DNA of 64,000 nucleotides from Rhizophagus irregularis (taxonomy: Eukaryota): assembly GCF_026210795.1 (NCBI RefSeq), contig NC_089431.1, forward strand, positions 3,162,001-3,226,000. The letters run 5' to 3'. The position numbers were made by a program, and so were the translations under genes. The notes beneath the pieces were generated by a model. It made no database searches, was not told the DNA's origin, and saw only the letters and a list, made by a program, of their open reading frames with translations. Below are positions 38,624 through 56,100 of the stretch, one piece after another (position 1 is the stretch's first letter; each line of letters begins with the position of its first letter).

Positions 38624-40755
38624 CATAGCGGATGTCTTAATATAATTATCTTAATAATTCAATTAAAGAATTTATCGATGAGATAAATCACTAAATACAC
38701 CGTTAATTGTAGTTATTTATTGAACATTTTAATGAATGGACAAACGATTCAAATTTCATAAATTTTGGGTCATTTGGCAAAATTGATGTCAAGAACTTGC
38801 CGGTACAGTACATTGAAAATAAACACATGAAATTTGGCCAATCAATTCAACACCATTGCACTCTCGTTTTTACTGGTAAAACATTCGCGTATCAAATACA
38901 CAGAGCAAATCACGTGTATATTTTATTTTTTTCTATTTGCCAACAACCCGACAACCAGGCAAGTTAACTTGCCAACTTATGGAATTTTGCTGTGATTCAT
39001 AAAATGGAATGATTTATGACACTATTTAAATTTTAAGAGGAGAACAATTGTATCAAATATCAATTCACGCTACATTACATGTTCATCCTGAAATTTCTCA
39101 ATTTTTGGTGAATATTCTTTATTATATAATTAAGATTTGTATCATTTTTGTAATTCGGTCTTCTAGCGTGTACTTGAGTCTCGGCTTTTGTCTCATATTT
39201 TAAAAATTATAGAATTCTTATATCATGTTAGACGGTAACTACCTTTTGAATGTCTTTTTCATCCAATGGGATTCTGATTCTTAATAATTTATTATTATAA
39301 AATCGTGATGATGTTTAAAAGTTACAAAACATAATTTATTATTATTATTAAACATCAGACTACTAATTTACAATTAAAAATCAAAAAGAAAATAAATAAT
39401 TCATTAGTAGATATTCTTGAATCTTAAAAATTATCATTTTTTATTCTCGTGATCTGATATTATTTTGACTCCGAGTGCAATAATCTATATAAGGTATATT
39501 AGTTTATTGGTTCTCTACCAATAAAAAATGGGTTTTTTAATTTTTTAATTTTTGAACCTATAATTACAAAAGTCAAATAAGTATTGTTTTTATACCGCAT
39601 TAACAAAAATCAGTGTAACACGCAGCATAGCATTAAAATAGCATTAAAATTATTAAAATTGCATATAATTCTATGCAATATCAATTATTTTCATATATTT
39701 TTTTTTTTAAAAAAAAATAAAATTATTTATTGAATAATTTAGATTTAAATAAAAGTTTCTGCTTTCTAATTATTTACAGATATGATTGAACCAGTAAGTG
39801 ATAAAGAATAAATGACTTGAAACGTACTAAATTCTGAATTTTTAATCGACGGAAAATCTTTCACATCAAATATTTGAAATAAAATGTACAACAACGTACA
39901 ATGCATAGTAAAAATTTATGAATGCATTTAAAATGTAAATAAAACTTCCTTTCTAGAACGATAACATCATTTTTTAATGGTCCACAAAAAACACACAAAA
40001 ACAAATGGCTATCGGTAACTTTTGGGCAGAATTATAGCATTAAATGAGGCGAGAATTCATAATCACGTGAAAGCAAGAATATTGTACAAGAAAATACAGA
40101 TAACTTTATTCCCATTGATTGATTGGCAATCAGGTTCATTTAATGGGAAACTGATGGTAAAGTTTTGATTAAAGCGAATAAATACCAAATAAAGTTCGTT
40201 TCGGATTATCAAAATGTTCACTGTACGTTCAATTTTCCATTAGTCTAACGATTCAATTAACTAGTATGATAAAATTAAATTAAATTATCTATATTGTATT
40301 ATTGTATTAAATACCGCAGTTGATTTCAGGAAAAAGGTACAAGACAACGTAAACAGCAACGGCAACAAGAAGAACACCTCGCAAATATTCTTGAAGAATT
40401 CAGTAATTCACAATCTTAGGATATTAATTATCTATAATAATTGTTACAAATAAAATTTAATTACCTCTTCTTACTCTTCTGCAGGAAACGAATATTATTA
40501 TTTATTTATTTTCAATAAAAATTTGATCTTTTTAATTAAAAGAAATATTCGTAATAAGGGTACGTGTATTTGCGAGATTAGACCTTGTGGATTTTGTAAA
40601 TAAATACACTAACAACATGTATTACAGTACATATTACGATATTATATAATAATATTTTTTTTAAAAAATTATTTACAATTTAAAGAAAAAAAATTTTTTA
40701 CAAATTTACAATCACAACAAATTATCACCCAAGAATTTACAACGTTATGATTTAC

Positions 40756-41035
40756 TCATAATATTATGGAATCTGATATAACATCCATAGCATCGTAAAA
40801 TTGACCGGATCTTGAATCATTGATATCGTATGTACTGAACGAACTGATTTCGATATCTTTAATAATTAAAAAAGAATCATTAATCGTTATAATTTATTAA
40901 ATGAAATATAACATCTTATTATTTACCCTTTAAAAGTCTTATAAAAGATTTATTTTCTTGACTAAGATAGATCATTGTTAAGAGTATAAATAATGTTACG
41001 GTTGAAAGAAAATATCTGGTCTTTAATTTAAACAT
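40756..41035 (-). CDS. Possible 69-aa small secreted or signal-anchored protein
   Basis: Exon 1 41035-40927 (MFKLKTRYFLSTVTLFILLTMIYLSQENKSFIRLLK), 70-nt GT...AAG intron, in-frame exon 2 DIEISSFSTYDINDSRSGQFYDAMDVISDSIIL. Confidence 0.4.
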
Positions 41036-41701
41036 TTTTTTTTTCGAAAGAAATGAAATAAATGAGATGATTTCTTAAATTTCTCTATTTTAAATAAAAC
41101 TACTGTCGGTGTGCACGTTTAATTTATAAGGCTTGTGCACAAAGCCATTTTAAGAAAATCCCACACACACAAGCCTTAAAACCGGTGCATCTTTTTTATC
41201 TAAGCCTCTATGAAAAATCATTATATCATTATCACTAATATTTAGTGCAATCATAATATTGTAATATTAATCATATCATATGAAAAATCGTTAATCACTT
41301 TTTTACCGGTGAAATGTAACTTTAGTTCCGGTGTTATTTTGTGCAAATTTTTAGGTATCATTTAGCCATAAATAATTTTTAACGGATTTGAAATTCCAGT
41401 ATTTCATGTTTAGTGAATGGTGCCTATTAAAATCAATTATAATTTTTAATGAATTCCTTTTTAAGGACGAAATTATCCTAATAGATTTAAAGTAAAACTT
41501 TCCATCAACGTATTATGATGTATTTCAAATTATCTTAACTATTTCTAAAAAAAAGTTTCGGATTTTGGACGGTTTCTCCAATTCCGGCATTTTGAAATCT
41601 GCAAATCAGATTCTTTATATTCTCTAATGCAAATCATGTGATTAATTAAGTGTTAATTTTGATTTTTGATTATCTGTTATCAAATCTTTTTTGTTCGCGT
41701 A

Positions 41702-45095
<3,394 letters not shown>

Positions 45096-45382
45096 CAAAT
45101 AATTTTGATTTAAATTTTAATGACTATAAAACTATATGTGATTATAATGTGATATAATAAAATATATAAGACACGGAAGAAAAATTATTAATGTATTTTC
45201 CAAGTTATATTTACAAATATAATATTATGCAATTAAATTTTATTTATTTTTTTTTTTATGATTAGCTATTAATGAAAATATTTTTTTTTTTGGTTGATGA
45301 TTTATGAAAACGGATGAATGTGATTATATATGTGTGTATAAAAAAGATTATATATGTATATCTCTAATGATAACAATTAATT

Positions 45383-47026
45383 TTATATTCCCATTATTAA
45401 AATTATAAACTCAAAAATTATTATTAATATTATCCATTGAGAGGACGACCGTATTCTTATAGCAGCATTTGATTTAAAAGAAACATCCATTCCTAGGGAA
45501 TTGCAACTGCCAGCATCACCATAGGTTGAGATAATTTTTGAATCAGGGCATCTAAAACCAAAACTGGCAGGACAAGATCTAGTTAAATTATAACACAGAT
45601 CAACACAAGGAGCTAATTCCATATAAGGTTGATTAATGTTCATGGACTGGTCAGAAATTTTTATACGAGGTCGGTCCCTTAATTTACCATTATTTGAATC
45701 TTCACTGGCACAACGTGGAATTGTTATAGCGCAAATCCAATTTTTATAAGCTTCTTTACAATCATTACAATTTCTAATTAATGAATATTTTGATTCAGTG
45801 TCATTACAAGGATATTGATCTATTGTTAAAGTGAAATTATTAAAATATGATTTAGCAAGATTATCATATCCAATTGCTAACTCTGCTTCAGTATTTTTAG
45901 AAACTGTTTTTGGTACAGAATAAAAAACTCCATCGCAAAATTCCAGATTTTTTATTATTACACAATTACTTTCTAAAAACAAAAAAAAAAAGAATTATTA
46001 TATTTATTATATATATATATATATAATATATTTTTAAAATTAATAAATATACGAAAATAACTTACGAGATTGTGTTTGAAAATTAACAGGCGTAAAAGTT
46101 TTAATACCATCAGTTGATTCTTCTGTGACCAATGCGGAATATTTTGTACCATTTTTTAAATTATTTAAAAATATTGAAGTTTGATATTTCCCATATTTTT
46201 CACTTCTCGTATATGTGACATTTGTACTCCAGCCATTTTCCTTGTATGCACATGATGACATTGAAATTCCATTCACACGTGTAGATTCAACAAAATAAGT
46301 ATAATATAAAGGTTGTTCTATACTAGTAGAAAATGTTCTAAGTAATGCATTATTATTATCAGTATCATCGAAAAATAATCCATTTTCAATAGGAGTTTGA
46401 TGTACAAATCCTATATATATTATAGTGTTTATATAATTAAATATAATTAAGTAAATTAAACATAATTAATAATAATAACAATAAATTTAATTAATCTTAC
46501 CTTTAGAAGAAGCTCCAATTTCAAAATAATAATCATTAAGATAATTATCAGATAATTTAGGCGCATAAACTCCTACATATACACCATCATAATTTCCTTT
46601 TGATATTGGTATAGTAACATTTAAATAACCATCTTTTAATATATATTTGTGACCATAACTATCAGGACCAGGATTTTTCGATTCTGTTGAAATCCAGACT
46701 TCTAATTGATTAGCAGGAGGCATTTTCGGATTTTTAATCAAATTTTGTAAAGGAGCTTTACAAGTGGTTATTGTAAAAAAAATATTTTCATTTAATAAAG
46801 TAGTTGAATTTGACAATGGGAAAGGACTTTTAATATCATCTTTCACATTTTTTCCTATTTGATATACATAATTAATAATTGAACCCTGAGGTAATTTTTC
46901 AATTTTTTCAGTTCCTAACTTTGCTATTATCGTTGTATTTGCTTGAGCTTCAATGGTAGGTATTATTAAAAAATAACATGTTATTATGAAAAATAAAGAT
47001 ATTATGTATTCATAACTTTGAAACAT
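45383..47026 (-). CDS. MID1: Mid1 Ca2+ channel regulatory subunit
   Basis: Signal peptide; Cys-rich C-terminal region FCDGVFYSVP...YSLIRNCNDCKEAYKNWICAITIPRC...PCVDLCYNLTRSCPASFGFRCP; hydrophobic C-terminus. Confidence 0.9.
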
Positions 47027-48591
47027 TACAAAAAAAATAAAAATAAAATAAAAATAAAAATAAAAGTTATAATATATATTAAAAGAATTTATTATTATTA
47101 CTATTAAAAAAAATATTATAAAGGAGGGAAAATGAGTTTTTTTTCTCAAAAAAAAAAAATTTCAAATCTACGTTAGAAGAAAAAAAATTTTTTAAAGAGC
47201 AAATATAAATAATGTAAGGTTCAACAGTTTATTCCTATAACTTACAAATTCAAAATTAGGTTCAACCAAAACAAATTGATCATTTCCACATTTAATATAG
47301 CATTGTGAAACATTCTTAATTGCCAAGATTCATAAAATTAATTATTACCAGTTTTTGATGATCAAAGGATCTTCTAATTACATGTCACGTATTGTTTTCT
47401 CAATAAAGAAATTTCTTTAACGTTGGATCCGTTGCTTGAACGGATATTAATAATTTTGAAGATCTTTCAGATTAATAGATAGTTACCTGCAGATTTAAAT
47501 AGTTTAGCGGGAGTCATTAAGTCAATGATCATCTATAATGACAAAGTTTTAAAATTTTATTTTCGTAATGTTGTAGTAATTGACTTAGAATTTAATATCC
47601 GACGGATATCCGGATTCCGGATAACGGATATCCAAAGTGTAATTTGTGTATAGCGAATCTATTGCTATATATAAAAAACATCAATTCCGCAAAGAATATC
47701 TATTCCCAAAATTTTTTGCTTCAAACACTTATTTGTAACTTTAAATTACAATTTTACTGAAAATTCAAACGGATAACGGATCCAGTCTCTAATTACGTAA
47801 AGTGTTGATCCAATCTTGAAACGCAAGCTAAGTGACCTATTCTGATTGCTAACTAAAAGTAAACAAATAGTCGATTCCATAATTTCCCGTATACAATAGG
47901 TAATGAAATGTACCATTATTGAGATCAACAATTATTATATTACAATGGCAGAGAGGAATAAGATGCTAACAAATAAAAGAAGAGTTTCAGAAATGTTATA
48001 ATATCAATTCAGCATGTTTTTAATTGAAGATTTATTTACATTGAAAAGGACATTAATACATTATCAAATCTAAAACTACAAATTAAAAAATTAAAAGTAA
48101 TTGATAGAAAATATTGATATGTCAAATATCAATCGATCATAAAAAATTTGCATAAAATGCTTACATGAGTCGTTGAGAGGCATTTATTAATTTGTGAAAT
48201 AAAATAATTGAATGATAATGTAATAACCAATCGGAGATTAAAACAGTTCAACAAGGAATATCAATAATAAAGCGAGTTCTCGTTAACCAAAGCCGAGCAG
48301 TTCCAAAATTATGTAATAAATAATGTCCACGTGTTCATAAAGTGTCGGAAATAAAAATCGCGTTTGTTTGTAACTGCTTAAACTATCTACTTCAACAGGA
48401 ACTTTGATATTTTCTGTATCCAAAGAAGAATCCCAAAACTAAAAATTTTACAGTGAATAATAGAGCATACCTATTAACTTCTTCTTGTTTCTTTTGAATG
48501 TTGCTTTAATTTCTCGTAATCCAATCAATGTGTTTATATCATTTCGTTTTGCTGCGCCGCAGTATGAAAAATTTCGGCATTGTTAAAGAAT

Positions 48592-50234
48592 TTACTTCTT
48601 CTTATGGTGAGATGGGACCAATTTCCTGATCGGAGAAACCTAACGAAAAAGAATATGCAAGTTTTTAAGTTTTTGGTTATTATTTCCCACACTATATAAA
48701 TATATATATATATATTATGTACCTTTCCTATTTCGGCTAAATCATCATTAATCTCGCTTTCAAGCAATCTGGCAGAAACTGATGGTCGTATTACACAGGA
48801 GTTAAGGAAATATTTACACAATGTATGACAAAACTGATTGTACAATGTAAATCACGTGTTTTAAAATCAACATAAATAAGGATATCAGTCACTTTAGTTT
48901 TTTTAACCTTTACTTCCGTATCTTCCTTTTGTCGCGCACGCAATTTTCTTTGTGGATGATATCGCTGATTTCCATCCATTGCTGCGTCTTTATCATTTTT
49001 AAGAACTATAAGTTTATTATAAAGTCGTTTAAAAAGTTTAAAAATTAAATTTCAGTACCGCTCGTTATATCGAAGCTTTCAAAATCTTCTTTCAATTTTT
49101 TTCTTCGTTCATCCATATCTGCCAACATTTGTTCTTTTAATCCTTGTTTCTCTGCCTATCAACAATGTTGTGAAAATAGGTAAAATAAAACTAATTAGTA
49201 TAATAAAAGAAAATTATATATTTATATTTGCCAATACATATTTTATAAAAATATACCAAATAATCTTCTTCGACCTGTCGTTGTTCGGCATCAAACATTT
49301 TTTCTACGCATTCAAGTCTATAGTCTCTATATAACCTTGCTTTTTCGAGTGTCTGCTCGCGCTTATCAATAAGTTGCTGCAAACGTTCTTCATATTCCGG
49401 ATGTGTACCTAAATACATATATGAATTAATGCGTTTTACGAAGTCCGACGCATTTAAAGAATTTATTTATTTATCATTTAATTCATAATAATTAGTTTTT
49501 TTAATAATCTTTTTACCTTCTCTCATTGCTTTTATATCTTGATTGATTTGTCTTATGCTTTCTTTAAATATCCTGTAAATCCAAAACAGAAAATTATTAC
49601 AGGACGAGAGAATTCGTGATTGGTTTACGAATAATCGAACAACTTTGAAAGCGTAATGTCTAGCTTTATAATAACTCAGGCCAAACATGGCCTTTTCCAA
49701 GATAGAAAAAACAAAGAACATTTCATAAGACTTATACTTACTCATCCTTTCTACTAATAAATTCTTTTTGGAAACGCTCTATCCGGTCAAGTATCTCTTG
49801 TCGCTTTTTTTCTTTTTTCTGGTCAACTTGCGTTTCGCGGTGGTCTAATAAAAACGAAAAAGTTTTCGATTTCAAATAAAAAGAGAAGTAAAAAATAAGT
49901 ACCTGACGTTTGAAAGCGTCTTATATATGGTTTAAAGTATTAAAAATAGGGTAGAAAAGTTTATTAGCGTCTAATTACCTTCGGAGGCCTCTCCCTCTTC
50001 TCGCTCATCATTGAATCTTCTCATGGACTCCTCATCGTCAATTCTCATGGGCTCTACTCCAAACTCCGAGTCACCGCCGTCAAAGGCCGTGTCTGTCATC
50101 ATAGGGTCATAGTCCTCCGGAGAGTCAATTTCTGAAGAATTCCCCTCGAAATAATTTGGTTTAGTTGCGGTTTGACGTTTTGCTCGTTTTGAGTTAAGTG
50201 CCTTTTCTGAGGCTTTATGGGCGGAAGGTGGCAT
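48592..50234 (-). CDS. Sds3-like (Sin3/Rpd3L HDAC complex) coiled-coil protein
   Basis: Spliced ...IKAMREG-THPEYEERLQQL...ARLYRDYRLECVEKMFDAE...LKEQMLADMDERRKKL...RKLRAR...EINDDLAEI. Confidence 0.8.
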
Positions 50235-50956
50235 TTGTTGGAAAAGAAATATCTTATTTATTATTTAAGTCGTCCAGTTTTAAAATAAATCGGGATAAAG
50301 TTTTGGTTTTTTAAAAAACGATACAAAAGTGCTAAGTCAAACTACCATTAAATAAAAATGTTTGGTCTTTTTTTTAAAAATTACCACTAATAAAGGCTTT
50401 TTTCATCCAATCAGAAAATAACTTAATAACTAAGCCACCAAAATAAGATTGGATCAATCAGTTCGACTTTGTCGGTCTGGAGTTTTTCATAAAATTTCCT
50501 TTATTTCGTGATACTTTTTCAGATATATCTATGCTTGCAAAAGTCTATAAAAGGCCTGAATTGTATGTTTTATATCTTTATTGACAAAAATATCTACACC
50601 TTAACTTTGGCACAGAGATATTCTTTCGGAAAAAATGAATTCAAATACCAGAGGTCTCTAAACAATTTAACAGCATAATCTTCATATCATTACTTCATCT
50701 TCACTGTTAAAGTGAAATAATCGAGTTACCCACAAATATGGATTTTGTATATATTTGAGTTTCTGATTTTAAAAACATATATTTATATTGACTGCATATT
50801 CTAAGTATTCTTATATTTAAATTCAGTACTGAATTAATTTATTAGAAAAAAAATTAAAATTATTTTATTGCCAATATTAATTAAAAAATAAAGATAAAAT
50901 TAATTACAGATATTAGATATATACTGTAAATTGCAAAAAAATCAAATTTTTCCTTA

Positions 50957-51591
50957 TACGGTTCACTCTCATTATAGTGAGTGGAGATTAAAATTCGTTA
51001 TAGTGAGAAATTCACTATACTGAGAATCATTTTATCATTATATAAGAATTCACCAGAGGGTATATTATATTTTACAAATTAATTGAAAATAATTATAAAT
51101 AAATTAAAATCTAGTTTAGTTAACTAAATGAGATAATAAAATCAATAAAATGCAAATTTATTTTTATATTTAAACATTGATTATAACAACTAAAATTCAA
51201 ATAATTACATTTTATAAAGTCAAAAAACCAAAGAATTATAAAAAACAAAAATAAATTACAGTATTATAAACCAAAATATTAAAAAACATGAAATTAAATT
51301 TGCTAAATCTAAATTTAAATATAAATTAAAAATCAAAAACAATAAATATAAATTAAATTCAAATATAATAAATGAAATAAAATTAAAAGTTTTAGCTTTT
51401 AAATATAATAAAACAAAGTTAAAAATAATAAAATCCAATTAAAAAAATAAGGACAGATAACTTTTAATATATAAGATTATAGTAAAAAATTAATTGGCTA
51501 ATTTGTTATAATAAGAAATATTTAATACTTAATTAATATGTTAAGAAAAATTTATTATAAAATAAATTCATTATATTAAAAGTTAATTGTA
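50957..51591. mobile_element. Degenerate pogo/Tigger-like MITE
   Basis: TACGGTTCACTCTCATTATAGTGA left end; AT-decayed inverted right end TTCATTATATTAAAAGTTAATTGTA. Confidence 0.45.
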
Positions 51592-51721
51592 ATATTTATT
51601 ATATTATATTTATTTATTATAAACTTTTACTTTTTTAAAAAAATTATATTAACTTGACTGTTAATTATTTGTTTAATATATTCTACTTTTTTTTATTTTT
51701 AATTTAAATTTTGATAAATAT

Positions 51722-52028
51722 ATGTTGTAACTGAAATTGAAATTTAATTGAATTTAAAATTCAGATATGGGAATTTCTGGAAAAGTTAATTGAATTTTAA
51801 ATTCAAACATTGGAATTTTATTTGAAATTAAAATTCAGATATCTTAATTTCAGATAACCCTATAACTGAAATTTAAACATGTTAATCTTACATCTGAAAT
51901 TCCAATTTAACTAAATTTAAATTCAGATACTTGAAGATTATATCTGAATTTAAATTTCAATTGGCTTTTTCAGAAATTCCTGTATTTGAATTTTAAATTC
52001 AGTCAAATTTTAATTTTAGTTACAATAT
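51722..52028. mobile_element. Foldback MITE with long inverted arms
   Basis: TGTTGTAACTGAAATTGAAATTT...GGAATTTCTG is mirrored by CAGAAATTCC...AAATTTTAATTTTAGTTACAATA. Confidence 0.6.
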
Positions 52029-53326
52029 ATACAATAATTATATTTAAATATTTTCTTTAAATTTAAATTTTAATTTATTTAATAAAATCCCCTTTTTTTC
52101 TTAAATTTTCAAATTAAATAAATGATTAAGTTAAACTATGTATTTTTTTCTTATTAAAAATAATAGAATTAAATATAATAATATTTATATTATAGAGTTA
52201 TTAGATACAAAGTATTCAATATAGAGATAGATATTAAATATAAATGAAGTACCTAATAATAGTTATATTTCTAATAGTTTTATGTAATTATAATAAATTA
52301 ATCAATTTTACCCATATATAGCATATTACATCATTTATTACTTAGATATCATTTATTTTTAATAATAAATGATATAAATCATATAAAATTTTATAATTAG
52401 AATAAATAATATTTAAAGAAGAATAATTTATCAGATTTATAAGAAGATCAAATTGTAATACTTGATGATATTCCATTTGAAAAAATCTTATTTTATTAAA
52501 GTACTATAGAGTGGAAAAAAAAACTCATGATCAGATATATTTATTTACTAATTAATAATAACTTTTGGTGATATAGTTGCATTTATAAAAAGATAAAAAA
52601 TATTGTTAATAATGTTATAATAAACCTAATAATAATATAACTAATTTTATTTTAAGTTTAAATTCATTAATTTTGAAAGAAGAAGGGGATGGATAAAAAG
52701 AAAAAAAATCAAATCAAATCAAATCAAAATCAGTATGGTTTAAATTAATAAATATAGTATCACTTATTTTTATTTTACTTTTATTTTTATTTGTATTTTG
52801 ATGATTGCATTCTACTGGATAGATATAGCTTATGATAATTTATTTATATAATATATAAACTTAATATTAATAAAACATATAAAAATCATTAAAAAAAAAA
52901 CATAAAATATAAACTTCTTTAACAATAATATAATATATATTATTTTCTAAATTGATTAATAAAAAAAAATTTTTTAAGAATTTAAAAAATACTAAAATAA
53001 TTAAAAATTTTATAAAAAAAAAAGTAAGTATTGATTATTACTAAAAAAATTTAAAAAAAAAATTTAAAAAAATATTATAATAGTATTATAATAAATATAT
53101 AAATAAAAATAAGAAAAGTAATGGAAGGAAAATTTTCAAATATAGTGAACAGTGGTCAGTTGCTTTAGAAAAAACAAGATAATATATAAATCAATTTATT
53201 AAAGATGGAAATAGGGTAATTTGGAAGGCATATAATAATTTCAAATTATATAAATACAAATATAGTTCTTCTTTTGCTTGTATGAGAAAGCATTTACTAA
53301 AGCCATACGATAATGATGATCCTATA

Positions 53327-53598
53327 CACTGGTAAAAAAATGATTTATCCTACACATATCTTACACATATTGGGTACTCAAAATGTAGAAAATCATACAC
53401 AAATAATACACATATCATACACATATTGGGTACTAATATATATATCATACATATATCAGATACCTGATAGGTATACTATATATATAAGTACCCAATATGT
53501 ATATGATATGTGTATTATTTGTGTATGATTACATTTTAATACGATATATGTAAGATATGTGTAGGATATGTGTAGGATAGACCATTTTTTTACCAGTG
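53327..53598. mobile_element. CACTA/EnSpm-type MITE (CACTG ends), copy 1
   Basis: TIR CACTGGTAAAAAAATG; 3-bp TSD ATA; ACACATAT subterminal repeats. Confidence 0.88.
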
Positions 53599-54227
53599 AT
53601 ATAATCTGATAGCTACTATGGGAGGATATAGGTGAATTTCATAAGGTGATGGTAGGGTACAGGAGCAATCTTATGGATGGGGAACTGGTTTGGAGTTTTA
53701 AATAAATTAATTATACATGTAATGGAACTTTCTATTTTTTATATAATTAATAAACTCACAAATTGCACTACTTTGCAAAAAAAAAAAAAATAAGAAAAGT
53801 AATATATATTATATAATTATTAAAAAAAAGAAAAAATCTTATTATACTTAATAAAATTATATGATTATAAATATTATAATTTAATTAATAGGTTTAATCA
53901 TTCTTAGTACGATCACAGAAATTAAAAGAATTTTACTGCAGACACTATTACTAATAATATAAAGGTACAGAAATTAGAGTAATTAAACTGCACCATAGTG
54001 AATCAATATATATAGTATAACTGCATATTTCAATAAAGGATTTTGGTATTCTGCTAATATTCCTAATGAGACCTTTAGAATGTTTATAATCCTATCTGAA
54101 TAGTTACAATTATTATTAATACTTTAAGAGTAGAGTATCCTTTTTAGTTAAATTTTACTATAGTAAATGTCTACTGCAGTTTGTATTATATATTAGATAA
54201 AATAACTAGTTAAATAATTTACTGGTA

Positions 54228-54734
54228 CAGTCAAACCTACCTCTATATACTGATATTGCTGTTTTGGAAAAAAGTATTGGTATATCGAATTATCAGTTTA
54301 TAAAAAAAATTTTATATACCGATATTATTATAAATAATGTAATTAATATTAGTATAAAATATTTTAATATATATAAATTATAAACATACAACTTTAATCT
54401 ACATTTTATAAAATTTAAAAAATTTATTAACAAAATTATATCAATTATATCAATTATGTATTACATTAGGAATTAGAAGCAAAATTGTATCAATTATATA
54501 ATTACAATCAATTATATAATTACATCAAGAATTAGAAGTAGGGAAAATTGCGTAACTTTATTTATGTGATCTAATCTTAAATAGTTAATATATTGGTATA
54601 TAAACTAGATCTATATATACATATAAAACATCAGTATAACAAAGTTTTTTTATTAATTGAAAAATAGTAAAATTAAAATCATCAGTATAAGCAAATATCA
54701 GTATATATTGTATCAGTATATAGAGGTCTGACTG
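54228..54734. mobile_element. pogo/Tigger-like MITE
   Basis: CAGTCAAACC...CTCTATATACTGAT / ATCAGTATATAGAGGTCTGACTG; TA flanks. Confidence 0.75.
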
Positions 54735-55856
54735 TATATAAAATTAACTATTATATAACATTTAAAATAGCTAGTATGACCATGATAAAAATATTAAGAC
54801 AAAGAAAAAATAAAGATAATAAATAAATCTAATATTATTTAAAATTTTAAATATCATATCTGATATATTTAAAGAGCCTTTAAAATGATTTATATTTTAA
54901 ATTTGTTTAAAGTATATGAAATAGAAAACTAATATTTAAAAATAATAAAATAAAAAAAAAGTGTATATTTATATAATGGATATATTTTTAAAAATAAATT
55001 TTATATGGCCATTGTTGACTCAAAATTAAACTAGTAGTAAAATGAAAACTAATAATATTCTTTATTTTACATTTACCAGAAATAAATAGATATTCATGAA
55101 AATTTTAAAACTTCATATAAAAGTTTTAAACCAAAAATTTTAAATAAGAAGAATATTTTAAGTCAAAAAATAGAAATTCAAAATCATGATTTTTTAACCA
55201 TTTTATATGAAGTTTTTTTTTGATATTTTGCTATATAGTAATCACTGATTACTTAAAGAAAATAAATAAATTTGTAAAATACATATATTATAAAAAATTT
55301 GTATATTATTTTATATAGAATACAAGATTTAAGCATTATGTAAAAGGCAAAATATATTTTATTTTTTATTTTATATTGATTTTATTTTAATGTTATTTGA
55401 TTAGTTATTTTTAATTTCATTTAATTTTTTAATTTTATTATTTTATTTTGTTATTTTATATTTTTTGATTTTTTTTTATTTTACAAAATATGCAGAAATT
55501 TTATTAAATATAATATAAGTAAAATTAGTTTACAAATATATACAATGTCTAAATTTATTAAAAATTCTGTATTATTTATCATTCAAATAAAATATATACT
55601 TTATTAATAAATATTAATTTATATAAGTTGTTTTTTCAATTGAATTACTTTTAGCCTATAGATTCTATAATTAAAGATAGTAAACTTTAATTTTATTATT
55701 TTATTATATTTTATTATTTATTTATTTTAATGATTTAAAATTTGTATACATCTGTGTAATATATATATCTTATATAAAAGTAAAAAACTAAAAATAAGAT
55801 TTTAACTTTTTATGACTCATTAAGTAAAATTATAAATTAGGCAAAAATACATATAG

Positions 55857-56100
55857 TAAGGTTGCTTGTCTAAACCTCTTTAAAATCCTACGATTAGTTT
55901 CGTCAAAATTTTACTATAGATTTATTATAGTTTCGGCAGAGTTTCGGCAGTTTCGGCATTTATAATAAGTTTCGGCAGTTTCGCCTTTCTCCAAAGTTTC
56001 GCCAGTTTTTTAATATAACTTTAATATAGTTTCGGCAGAATTTCGCTTTTCGGCGAAACGCCATCTTGCCTAAACCCCTAGGTTTCGGCAAGCAACCTTA
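55857..56100. mobile_element. hAT-type MITE (same termini as 16422-16858)
   Basis: TAAGGTTGCTTG / CAAGCAACCTTA; perfect 8-bp TSD ACATATAG; TTTCGGC repeats. Confidence 0.9.

Noticed and set aside
38710..38970. Open plus-strand frame of about 85 codons
   Set aside because: No convincing start, splice partner or recognisable motif.
47597..47635. GC-rich near-palindrome GGATATCC...GGATATCC
   Set aside because: Short and isolated, with no TSD or recognisable RNA family; function cannot be supported.
53313..53528. Similar ORFs at 53313-53528 and 58776-59099
   Set aside because: Chance read-through of two copies of a CACTA-type MITE.
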